Shown: positions 1-12,100 of the stretch, piece after piece
How the letters are laid out: every line of letters begins with the position of its first letter
Numbering within the stretch: position 1 is the stretch's first letter
Assembly (NCBI RefSeq): GCF_963676685.1
Contig: NC_092355.1
Coordinates: 124,001-188,000, forward strand
DNA length: 64,000 nucleotides
Direction: 5' to 3'
Source of the DNA: Mytilus edulis
Taxonomy: Eukaryota
Made by a program: the position numbers and the translations under genes
Notes under the pieces: model-generated
Databases searched by the model: none
What the model was told of the DNA's origin: nothing
The model's input: the letters and a program-made list of their open reading frames with translations, nothing else

Positions 1-14
1 TAAGGTTTACTGAA

Positions 15-130
15 CACATGTGTTAAGATGGGTTTTAATTTGACATATGTTAATATGGGTTGAAATTTGACATGTGTTAATATGGGTGGAAATTTGACAT
101 GTGTTAATATGGGTGAACATTTGACATGTG
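15..130. repeat. ~30-bp minisatellite (aatttgacatgtgttaatatgggt..), ~4 copies; paralog at ~22070-22215
   Basis: Direct tandem repeats visible. Confidence 0.8.
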
Positions 131-1397
131 AGCATTTGTATATATTGTAATGAATGAAGTCAGGAATCCTCGAGCAGGAATCAAAATGGTTAACATAATG
201 TATATCTGTAAAGACTTGCCAATCAGTGCCATTATGTGTATAATGTGTAGGGACTGTGATTGTTTAATGCTGTGATATTTTCCTGAATTTTATTGAACGC
301 TATTTATACTGCTGATTTTAGGGTTTTTTTCTACAAAAATATGTAAAATGTTTGGTTAACAATTTTGGTAGCCAAAAGTTCTGGAAAATCATTGATCAAA
401 ATACACATAGATGAAATTTACAGTGTCTTTTTTTACCCTGCCATTGCAATAGAATTGCTATCACCTAAAAAATGGATTAGAAATTTTACAGTCCATCTGA
501 AATCACCTTGAGGCAGTTTTGAGGCTTTAGGAAATAGCAGAAGTGAAATAAGAAAGATAGCAAACTCACAGGAAAAATCAAAACAGAAAGTCACTTATCA
601 AATAGCAAAATCAAAAGTTCAAACACACCAAACGAATGGAAAACAACTGTTATACTACTGACTTGGTACAGGCATTTCTTCACGTAGAGAATGGTGGATA
701 AATAAAGGCAACAGTAGTATACCGCTGTTCGAAACTCATAAATTGACTGAGGAAAAAAAACAAATCTGGGCTATAAACCAAAACCGAGGGAATCACATCA
801 AACCAGGTTTTATAGCTAGCTAAACCTCTCACTTGTATGTCACATAAAACTCCATTATATTGACAACAATGTATGAAAAAAAAAACAACAGACATAATAG
901 GTAAAAATGTCTAAAAAGGGATACAGAAGTCAACATTGTGTTATGATATTAATCACAAAAAAAAACAAACAAATGTGTCAACAAAGAAAAAAGTATAGAC
1001 ATGATAGACAAAGAACATAAGCAAAAATGAAAGACAAGAATACATAAAATGACCACAGTACAACAACACATTGGTGGGATGCATAAGTACTGAGCCACAC
1101 CAAAAGGATATTACCAAAAATAGACTAAATAGTAGAGGATAACATTCACAAAGACAAATTAAAGAACACTATAACATGTTCTGTATAAGATTGTAAACAA
1201 CGTCCGTACCTAGAATATATCCTTCTATATCGTTGTTCGTCATTTGTGAAGTTGATACCGAATATTTATCAACATGTTACTGATATATCCCATTAACTTT
1301 AAAAAAAAGATTTGTTCTGATATAACCCTGGTTCTGTTGTTCAGCATCCTTTTGCTCAGACACTGGTGACGTTTTATTTATGTCGTTCTTTTTTGTG

Positions 1398-1672
1398 CTG
1401 ACATGAATTATCATTGATATGGTTATATTTATGAATTAACTGTTAACAAAATTTGGAAAAAAAATGTGAAATACTAAGGCTTTTCTACCTCAGGCATAGA
1501 TTTCCGTAGCTGTATTTGGCATAACTTTTAGGAATTTTAGTCCTCAATGCTCTTCAACTGCGTACTTTATTTGGCCTTTTTAACTTTTTTGGATTCGAGT
1601 GTCACTGATGAGTCTTTTGTAGACAAAACTGGCGTATATACAAAATTTAGTCCAGGTATCTATGATGAGTTT
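1398..1672 (+). mobile_element. Degenerate retrozyme family B copy with inactivated hammerhead (1599-1634)
   Basis: gtcaCTGATGA-gtct-tttgt-agac-AAAA: the GAAA box is mutated and the helix III palindrome is deleted. Upstream gctcttcaac and tatttggc motifs are shared with the other copies. Confidence 0.75.
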
Positions 1673-2180
1673 ATTTTTTTAGTCTGAGTAGTAACAGCAA
1701 ATTCGTACATACCGTACGAGTTGGGAAATGTATATTTTATATGCGGTTGAAGTTGAAATTTTATTGCTACGAAGGTGAGGGGATTTGATAAAAAAAAAAT
1801 GAAATCGTCTTGTTTGTAATAGATTCTGGTTCTGAGATGAACGCTTATGTCAAATTAGAGGTATGAGTCTTAACAATCAATGAAGCTGTGTTTGTTATTT
1901 TAATAATTTCTAGTTTTGGAGGATATATTAATGAAACCCAATCAGAAAAGTTTGGTTTGTTTATTGGAAATAAGACTGAGTGTAAATATCCTTAATTTTG
2001 AATTAGTTAATACAAGTAGATTATGGTGTAATCTTCATATCTGTTCTATCAGATGTAGACATGAATATCAATTATATGGTCATTTTAATAAGTGTCCTGT
2101 TGACAAAACTTTTTTTTTCGAAAAACTAAGGCTTTTTTTCTTATCCCAAGATAGACTACCTTCGCCCTATTTGGCACAAC

Positions 2181-4150
2181 TTTTTATACGCCCGTCTTTT
2201 AGACGGGACGTATTATGGTATACCGTTGTCCGTCCGTCTGTCCGTCCGTCGTCCACACTTCGGACAATAACTCAAAAACACTTTCACCAATTTCCATGAA
2301 ACTTAAGTGAATTGTTTATATCTATTGACGTAAGCTCCCTTTCGTTTTTTTTTTTAATTTCAGATTTTAAGTTTTGGATTTATGGGGCTTTACTCATAAA
2401 AAAGAGGGGATTTTCAACGCTTCGGACAATAACTCAAAAAGGCTTTCACCAATGTCCATGAAACTTTGGTGAATTGTTTATATCTATTGATGTAAGCTCC
2501 CTTTCAATTTTTATAAATTTTAGATTTTAAGTTTTGGATTAATGGGGCTTTATTCATAAAAAAAAGGAAGTTTTGGATTTATGGGGCTTTACTCATAAAA
2601 AAGAGGGGATTTTCAACGCTTCGGACAATAACTCAAAAAGGCTTTCACCAATGTCCATGAAACTTTGGTGAATTGTTTATATCTATTGATGTAAGCTCCC
2701 TTTCAATTTTTATAAATTTTAGATTTTAAGTTTTGGATTAATGGGGCTTTATTCATAAAAAAAGGGGGATTTTTAACACTTCGGAAAATAACTCAAAAAG
2801 GCTTTCACCAATGTCCATGAAACTTTGGTGAATTGTTTATATCTATTGATGTAACAAATAATACTGAATAAAATCTGATGAAAACAAAAAAATTGTAAAA
2901 TCTTTAGTTCAATTTAAAACATTAAATTTCTTATAAAAAATAGGTTCCATTAATGTCATACGTTTGTACTATTATTGAATGGTTGCAAGGATGAAAGCAC
3001 ATTAACAGTCTCTGAGATACTAACTGTTCCCTGAGGCATATATCATTTTATGATAACATTTTTACTATCTAAGCTATGGATAAAAATCAAATACTGTTTT
3101 TGCATATAGGATGTTTTACTCTTGTTAAAATTGGTTGCAATTGAAATCACAAATGATACCTTAGCATTGCAGCTTTTTTATAGAGTTCGGTTTCGGTGGA
3201 AGGGTTGAGCACAATAAAAAATGTTATGAAACATAACTAGTCTACAATAGCACATAATAAGTGAACAAGTGACAACATGAAAATACTAACATGTGACTAA
3301 ATATTCCTTAAATGTCAAAGGGTGTCATTTTATGAAAAAAATAAGGAAATCAAGTCTCCTAAACATTTATCAATATGATCATCTTGTGAATATTCTAAAC
3401 AATAAAAAGGTAATAATCATTATCCACCATATTAAGCACCATTTGAACCACTTTTGCATACATCTTTGTATAATTTAGTATGGATTCCTTACTGTGATCA
3501 ACAGAATCCAACTATGAGCAATATACCCCAAGAAAATTATCTTCTTTCAAACTACTATAAAATTTGGAAATCAGCCATAGAATTACTAAAACCCATAATC
3601 ATATATCACTTTCCTTATATTGCATTGAAGACTTCTATGTTATATGCCAATGTTAATGGTATTTGTTTTTTATGCTAAATATTGAAAAGCTGAACTAGGT
3701 TTAATCATCAGTGTCTTCTTCACTGTAATCACTGTCCTCATCAGAAAAATCCTCATTTTCATTCTCAGAAGAGGCCTCCTCATCATCAATGAAATCTTTA
3801 TCTTCATCATCAATGGAATCCTTACTTTCATCACCTACTTCCTCATTTAGATCATAACTTTCAGTAGAGTCACTTTCACCATCTTCACTTTCCCTGTTAT
3901 CTTCTTGCTGCTCCTCATTGTCATTGTAGTCTTTTGCCATTTTTATACGCCCGTCGTCAATGAAATCCTTACTTTCATCACCTACTTCCTCATTTAGATC
4001 ATAACTTTCAGTAGAGTCACGTTCACCATCTTCACTTTCCCTGTTATCTTCTTGCTGCTCCTCATTGTCATTGTAGTCTTTTGCCATTTTTATACGCCCG
4101 TCGTCTTTCAAACAACGGGCGTATCATGCGCTAAAGCGCAGCCCTTTATT
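2181..4150 (+). mobile_element. Non-autonomous Helentron/HINE-like element with captured DNA, inserted in a T-run of a family B retrozyme
   Basis: 5' tttttatacgcccgtc..gacggg hairpin, (gtcc)n microsatellite, ~150-bp core repeats (2258-2853), 3' acgggcgtat subterminal inverted repeat and tgcgc-taaa-gcgca hairpin. The host repeat resumes (ggcacaactttt | ggaattttgagtcc). Paralog 25085-26559. Confidence 0.8.
3701..4111 (-). pseudogene. Captured fragment encoding an Asp/Glu-rich C-terminal tail, with an internal 147-bp duplication
   Basis: ORF is very D/E-rich and ends EEDTDD-stop. No native start: the 5' end abuts a HINE terminus. A single-copy version lies at 26252-26536. Confidence 0.5.
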
Positions 4151-4216
4151 GGAATTTTGAGTCCTAAATGCTCTTCAACTTTGTTTTTGTTTGGCGTTGA
4201 ACCTATTTTGATCTGA

Positions 4217-4260
4217 GCGTCACTGATGAGTCTTATGAAGACGAAACGCGCGTCTGGCAT
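4217..4260 (+). ncRNA. Type I hammerhead ribozyme (family B retrozyme), intact core
   Basis: GCGUCA-CUGAUGA-GUCUU-aug-AAGAC-GAAA-CGCGCG-UC/UGGCAU: core boxes, helix II, palindromic helix III and GUC cleavage triplet. One mismatch in helix I. Confidence 0.85.
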
Positions 4261-6183
4261 ATTGAATTAAAAGCCTAGTACCTTTGATAACTTTATGCCT
4301 TTACCACCATCTCTGTCATGGTATTATTTCCAAATTGTATGTCAATTTTTAGCTCACCAAGCTTAAACAAAAGGCCAAATGAGCTTTTGCCATCAATTGT
4401 CTTTCAGCCGTCTATCATCATAAACTTTTTATCAATCTTCTCTGAAAATAATTGCCAAATGTTACGAAACCTTACCATATAAAATTGAGAATGGAAATGG
4501 GGAATGTGCCAAAGAGACAACAACCCGACTATAGAAAAAAAACAACAGCAGAAGGTCACCAACAGGTCTTCAATGTAGCGAGGTAGCAATACATAGTCAA
4601 GAGTTAGGTATCACAATTGTGGTTGCGGTTGATTTTTTAAGGGGAAATTATTGTGTGATAAAGTAATTTTAAGAACAGCTGATGACTAAACTGAAGTATT
4701 CAAAGTGGGTTTATATGGATACCAATATTGCTTTTTGATGTTTTATGGGCTATTTTCTGTTTGACAGTAAGTATTTTCAAATCAAGAGTGTCATATGTCC
4801 AGAAAATCCACTCAATTTTTTTCACATAATTTCAACCCTTTTAACTACCATGACTACTGGAAAAAAAATCTATGGAAAATACTCAAATTTAAACATCAAT
4901 AGGAGCAAATAAATGAAAATGACATTAAAATGTAAAGGTGGGGTTAAGAAAATACCACAAGTCATCCACCCGAGGACTTCTTGTCCAGAACTAGGGAAGA
5001 CAATATATAAAGCTATGGTAAATACGCCATTTCTGACCACTTAAATGCAGAGCAATCTATGCTGAACTATACTGTCCATATAGAAGAAAATACATGTGAA
5101 AATAAGAACAAATAGTTTATAATAGTCATGTATGTACTAACATAGTAAATTCCCCTTGATAAATACATGGAAATACTTTCAGAAAAGGTATCACTTCTGG
5201 AGATTCAAATTCTACTTTTGACCAAATTTTAATTGTTTTCCTAACTTATATTACTACCTTATGGCAATCAAGTTTACAATTCGTATCTGGGATGTAAACC
5301 ATAATATAACATGGCCACTGCTACTAATAAAATTGAGAATAAACATAGAACATAGGGATTAAAATGTTGTTATTGGTAAATTTTATCTTTAAATTGCAAG
5401 CAGTAAGAGCAAACTGACATTTGGTTACGACTATTAACTGGCCAAGTTATCTTTCTTTCCTAGGTTTTTTTCAGAAAAATCCGGCACCCCATTTTGAACT
5501 TATTGCCAAGGGAATGGTTTTTTTTTTACCAATTTCCAATGTCTTTGCTATCTTGAGAACTATAACAGATTGGGAAAAATGTGAATATGTCCAGATCAAT
5601 AAGATCCTCTAATATAAGTTACATGTAGAGTAAATTAAATTATCAAAGCTGAATTCGAAGTATTGAGGTTAAAACAAATCTACAATTAAGTCTCTTTTGA
5701 GGAAATCACCAATTTAACCATACAAAATGTGTTTTTGGAAAAAAGTAAAATCACAAAAATACTAAACTTAGAGGAAAATCAATTTGGAAAGTCCATAATC
5801 ACATGGCAAAATCAAATAACAAAACGCATCAAAAACGAATGGACAAGAACTGTCATATTCCTGACTTGGTACAGGCATTTTCAAATGTAGAAAATGGTGG
5901 ATTAAACCTGGTTTTATAGCGCTAACCCTCTCACTTTGATGACAGTCTCATCAATTTCCGTTATATTTACATCAATGCGTTAACTAAACAGATGTTAACA
6001 CAATGGATGCAACCAGTAGAGAACCTGAGGGCGTCTCTTTTAAATTTGTTAATGGTGCGTATTATAATTTGCTTTTGGTTTTTATGTTATGCCGTAAGTC
6101 GGTTTATATGTTTGATCTATTAAATTTACCGATGTATTTAAAAAAAAAAACACATTTATTACATGTCTCTGTTAAAACTAAGT

Positions 6184-9100
6184 TAATAAAATCAACGGTA
6201 CCAATTTTGTTGCACCAGATGCGCATTTCGACAATTCATGTCTCTTCAGTGATGCTCGTGGCCAAAATATTTGAAATCCAAAGCATATATAAAAGTTGAA
6301 GAGCTATAATCCAAAAGGTCCAAAAAGTATAACCAAATTCGTGAAAGGAATCAGAGCTTTGCATGAGGGAGATACATTCCTTAATTTATAATAATTTCTA
6401 ATATTTTGTAACAGCAAATTTTAATAACACAAAAAATCCGTATTTTCATGCCAGTACCGAGGTACTGGCTACTGGGCTGGTGATACCCTCAGGGACTAAT
6501 AGTCCACCAGCAGAGGCATCGACCCAGTGGTAGTAATAAAATCAACGGTACCAATTTTGTTGCACCAGATGCGCATTTCGACAATTCATGTCTCTTCAGT
6601 GATGCTCGTGGCCAAAATATTTGAAATCCAAAGCATATATAAAAGTTGAAGAGCTATAATCCAAAAGGTCCAAAAAGTATAACCAAATTCGTGAAAGGAA
6701 TCAGAGCTTTGCATGAGGGAGATACATTCCTTAATTTATAATAATTTCTAATATTTTGTAACAGCAAATTTTAATAACACAAAAAATCCGTATTTTCATG
6801 CCAGTACCGAGGTACTGGCTACTGGGCTGGTGATACCCTCGGGGACTAATAGTCCACCAGCAGAGGCATCGACCCAGTGGTAGTAATAAAATCAACGGTA
6901 CCAATTTTGTTGCACCAGATGCGCATTTCGACAATTCATGTCTCTTCAGTGATGCTCGTGGCCAAAATATTTGAAATCCAAAGCATATATAAAAGTTGAA
7001 GAGCTATAATCCAAAAGGTCCAAAAAGTATAACCAAATTCGTGAAAGGAATCAGAGCTTTGCATGAGGGAGATACATTCCTTAATTTATAATAATTTCTA
7101 ATATTTTGTAACAGCAAATTTTAATAACACAAAAAATCCGTATTTTCATGCCAGTACCGAGGTACTGGCTACTGGGCTGGTGATACCCTCGGGGACTAAT
7201 AGTCCACCAGCAGAGGCATCGACCCAGTGGTAGTAATAAAATCAACGGTACCAATTTTGTTGCACCAGATGCGCATTTCGACAATTCATGTCTCTTCAGT
7301 GATGCTCGTGGCCAAAATATTTGAAATCCAAAGCATATATAAAAGTTGAAGAGCTATAATCCAAAAGGTCCAAAAAGTATAACCAAATTCGTGAAAGGAA
7401 TCAGAGCTTTGCATGAGGGAGATACATTCCTTAATTTATAATAATTTCTAATATTTTGTAACAGCAAATTTTAATAACACAAAAAATCCGTATTTTCATG
7501 CCAGTACCGAGGTACTGGCTACTGGGCTGGTGATACCCTCGGGGACTAATAGTCCACCAGCAGAGGCATCGACCCAGTGGTAGTAATAAAATCAACGGTA
7601 CCAATTTTGTTGCACCAGATGCGCATTTCGACAATTCATGTATCTTCAGTGATGCTCGTGGCCAAAATATTTGAAATCCAAAGCATATATAAAAGTTGAA
7701 GAGCTATAATCCAAAAGGTCCAAAAAGTATAACCAAATTCGTGAAAGGAATCAGAGCTTTGCATGAGGGAGATACATTCCTTAATTTATAATAATTTCTA
7801 ATATTTTGTAACAGCAAATTTTAATAACACAAAAAATCCATATTTTCATGCCAGTACCGAGGTACTGGCTACTGGGCTGGTGATACCCTCGGGGACTAAT
7901 AGTCCACCAGCAGAGGCATCGACCCAGTGGTAGTAATAAAATCAACGGTACCAATTTTGTTGCACCAGATGCGCATTTCGACAATTCATGTCTCTTCAGT
8001 GATGCTCGTGGCCAAAATATTTGAAATCCAAAGCATATATAAAAGTTGAAGAGCTATAATCCAAAAGGTCCAAAAAGTATAACCAAATTCGTGAAAGGAA
8101 TCAGAGCTTTGCATGAGGGAGATACATTCCTTAATTTATAATAATTTCTAATATTTTGTAACAGCAAATTTTAATAACACAAAAAATCCGTATTTTCATG
8201 CCAGTACCGAGGTACTGGCTACTGGGCTGGTGATACCCTCGGGGACTAATAGTCCACCAGCAGAGGCATCGACCCAGTGGTAGTAATAAAATCAACGGTA
8301 CCAATTTTGTTGCACCAGATGCGCATTTCGACAATTCATGTCTCTTCAGTGATGCTCGTGGCCAAAATATTTGAAATCCAAAGCATATATAAAAGTTGAA
8401 GAGCTATAATCCAAAAGGTCCAAAAAGTATAACCAAATTCGTGAAAGGAATCAGAGCTTTGCATGAGGGAGATACATTCCTTAATTTATAATAATTTCTA
8501 ATATTTTGTAACAGCAAATTTTAATAACACAAAAAATCCGTATTTTCATGCCAGTACCGAGGTACTGGCTACTGGGCTGGTGATACCCTCGGGGACTAAT
8601 AGTCCACCAGCAGAGGCATCGACCCAGTGGTAGTAATAAAATCAACGGTACCAATTTTGTTGCACCAGATGCGCATTTCGACAATTCATGTCTCTTCAGT
8701 GATGCTCGTGGCCAAAATATTTGAAATCCAAAGCATATATAAAAGTTGAAGAGCTATAATCCAAAAGGTCCAAAAAGTATAACCAAATTCGTGAAAGGAA
8801 TCAGAGCTTTGCATGAGGGAGATACATTCCTTAATTTATAATAATTTGTAATATTTTGTAACAGCAAATTTTAATAACACAAAAAATCCGTATTTTCATG
8901 CCAGTACCGAGGTACTGGCTACTGGGCTGGTGATACCCTCGGGGACTAATAGTCCACCAGCAGAGGCATCGACCCAGTGGTAGTAATAAAATCAACGGTA
9001 CCAATTTTGTTGCACCAGATGCGCATTTCGACAATTCATGTCTCTTCAGTGATGCTCGTGGCCAAAATATTTGAAATCCAAAGCATATATAAAAGTTGAA

Positions 9101-12100
9101 GAGCTATAATCCAAAAGGTCCAAAAAGTATAACCAAATTCGTGAAAGGAATCAGAGCTTTGCATGAGGGAGATACATTCCTTAATTTATAATAATTTCTA
9201 ATATTTTGTAACAGCAAATTTTAATAACACAAAAAATCCGTATTTTCATGCCAGTACCGAGGTACTGGCTACTGGGCTGGTGATACCCTCGGGGACTAAT
9301 AGTCCACCAGCAGAGGCATCGACCCAGTGGTAGTAATAAAATCAACGGTACCAATTTTGTTGCACCAGATGCGCATTTCGACAATTCATGTCTCTTCAGT
9401 GATGCTCGTGGCCAAAATATTTGAAATCCAAAGCATATATAAAAGTTGAAGAGCTATAATCCAAAAGGTCCAAAAAGTATAACCAAATTCGTGAAAGGAA
9501 TCAGAGCTTTGCATGAGGGAGATACATTCCTTAATTTATAATAATTTCTAATATTTTGTAACAGCAAATTTTAATAACACAAAAAATCCGTATTTTCATG
9601 CCAGTACCGAGGTACTGGCTACTGGGCTGGTGATACCCTCGGGGACTAATAGTCCACCAGCAGAGGCATCGACCCAGTGGTAGTAATAAAATCAACGGTA
9701 CCAATTTTGTTGCACCAGATGCGCATTTCGACAATTCATGTCTCTTCAGTGATGCTCGTGGCCAAAATATTTGAAATCCAAAGCATATATAAAAGTTGAA
9801 GAGCTATAATCCAAAAGGTCCAAAAAGTATAACCAAATTCGTGAAAGGAATCAGAGCTTTGCATGAGGGAGATACATTCCTTAATTTATAATAATTTGTA
9901 ATATTTTGTAACAGCAAATTTTAATAACACAAAAAATCCGTATTTTCATGCCAGTACCGAGGTACTGGCTACTGGGCTGGTGATACCCTCGGGGACTAAT
10001 AGTCCACCAGCAGAGGCATCGACCCAGTGGTAGTAATAAAATCAACGGTACCAATTTTGTTGCACCAGATGCGCATTTCGACAATTCATGTCTCTTCAGT
10101 GATGCTCGTGGCCAAAATATTTGAAATCCAAAGCATATATAAAAGTTGAAGAGCTATAATCCAAAAGGTCCAAAAAGTATAACCAAATTCGTGAAAGGAA
10201 TCAGAGCTTTGCATGAGGGAGATACATTCCTTAATTTATAATAATTTCTAATATTTTGTAACAGCAAATTTTAATAACACAAAAAATCCGTATTTTCATG
10301 CCAGTACCGAGGTACTGGCTACTGGGCTGGTGATACCCTCGGGGACTAATAGTCCACCAGCAGAGGCATCGACCCAGTGGTAGTAATAAAATCAACGGTA
10401 CCAATTTTGTTGCACCAGATGCGCATTTCGACAATTCATGTCTCTTCAGTGATGCTCGTGGCCAAAATATTTGAAATCCAAAGCATATATAAAAGTTGAA
10501 GAGCTATAATCCAAAAGGTCCAAAAAGTATAACCAAATTCGTGAAAGGAATCAGAGCTTTGCATGAGGGAGATACATTCCTTAATTTATAATAATTTCTA
10601 ATATTTTGTAACAGCAAATTTTAATAACACAAAAAATCCGTATTTTCATGCCAGTACCGAGGTACTGGCTACTGGGCTGGTGATACCCTCGGGGACTAAT
10701 AGTCCACCAGCAGAGGCATCGACCCAGTGGTAGTAATAAAATCAACGGTACCAATTTTGTTGCACCAGATGCGCATTTCGACAATTCATGTCTCTTCAGT
10801 GATGCTCGTGGCCAAAATATTTGAAATCCAAAGCATATATAAAAGTTGAAGAGCTATAATCCAAAAGGTCCAAAAAGTATAACCAAATTCGTGAAAGGAA
10901 TCAGAGCTTTGCATGAGGGAGATACATTCCTTAATTTATAATAATTTGTAATATTTTGTAACAGCAAATTTTAATAACACAAAAAATCCGTATTTTCATG
11001 CCAGTACCGAGGTACTGGCTACTGGGCTGGTGATACCCTCGGGGACTAATAGTCCACCAGCAGAGGCATCGACCCAGTGGTAGTAATAAAATCAACGGTA
11101 CCAATTTTGTTGCACCAGATGCGCATTTCGACAATTCATGTCTCTTCAGTGATGCTCGTGGCCAAAATATTTGAAATCCAAAGCATATATAAAAGTTGAA
11201 GAGCTATAATCCAAAAGGTCCAAAAAGTATAACCAAATTCGTGAAAGGAATCAGAGCTTTGCATGAGGGAGATACATTCCTTAATTTATAATAATTTCTA
11301 ATATTTTGTAACAGCAAATTTTAATAACACAAAAAATCCGTATTTTCATGCCAGTACCGAGGTACTGGCTACTGGGCTGGTGATACCCTCGGGGACTAAT
11401 AGTCCACCAGCAGAGGCATCGACCCAGTGGTAGTAATAAAATCAACGGTACCAATTTTGTTGCACCAGATGCGCATTTCGACAATTCATGTCTCTTCAGT
11501 GATGCTCGTGGCCAAAATATTTGAAATCCAAAGCATATATAAAAGTTGAAGAGCTATAATCCAAAAGGTCCAAAAAGTATAACCAAATTCGTGAAAGGAA
11601 TCAGAGCTTTGCATGAGGGAGATACATTCCTTAATTTATAATAATTTCTAATATTTTGTAACAGCAAATTTTAATAACACAAAAAATCCGTATTTTCATG
11701 CCAGTACCGAGGTACTGGCTACTGGGCTGGTGATACCCTCGGGGACTAATAGTCCACCAGCAGAGGCATCGACCCAGTGGTAGTAATAAAATCAACGGTA
11801 CCAATTTTGTTGCACCAGATGCGCATTTCGACAATTCATGTCTCTTCAGTGATGCTCGTGGCCAAAATATTTGAAATCCAAAGCATATATAAAAGTTGAA
11901 GAGCTATAATCCAAAAGGTCCAAAAAGTATAACCAAATTCGTGAAAGGAATCAGAGCTTTGCATGAGGGAGATACATTCCTTAATTTATAATAATTTCTA
12001 ATATTTTGTAACAGCAAATTTTAATAACACAAAAAATCCGTATTTTCATGCCAGTACCGAGGTACTGGCTACTGGGCTGGTGATACCCTCGGGGACTAAT

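Larger units (their letters stand above)
1..5724. repeat. Segmental duplication block, copy A (paralog of 22057-28169; runs off the left edge)
   Basis: Colinear high identity from taaggtttactgaacac (1 / 22057) to tcaccaatttaaccataca (5724 / 28169), with shared nested repeats. Confidence 0.95.

Noticed and set aside
6162-6188. Target-site duplication of the retrozyme array
   Set aside because: Only 22/27 identical to the right junction while the units are almost invariant, so it is not a clean TSD.
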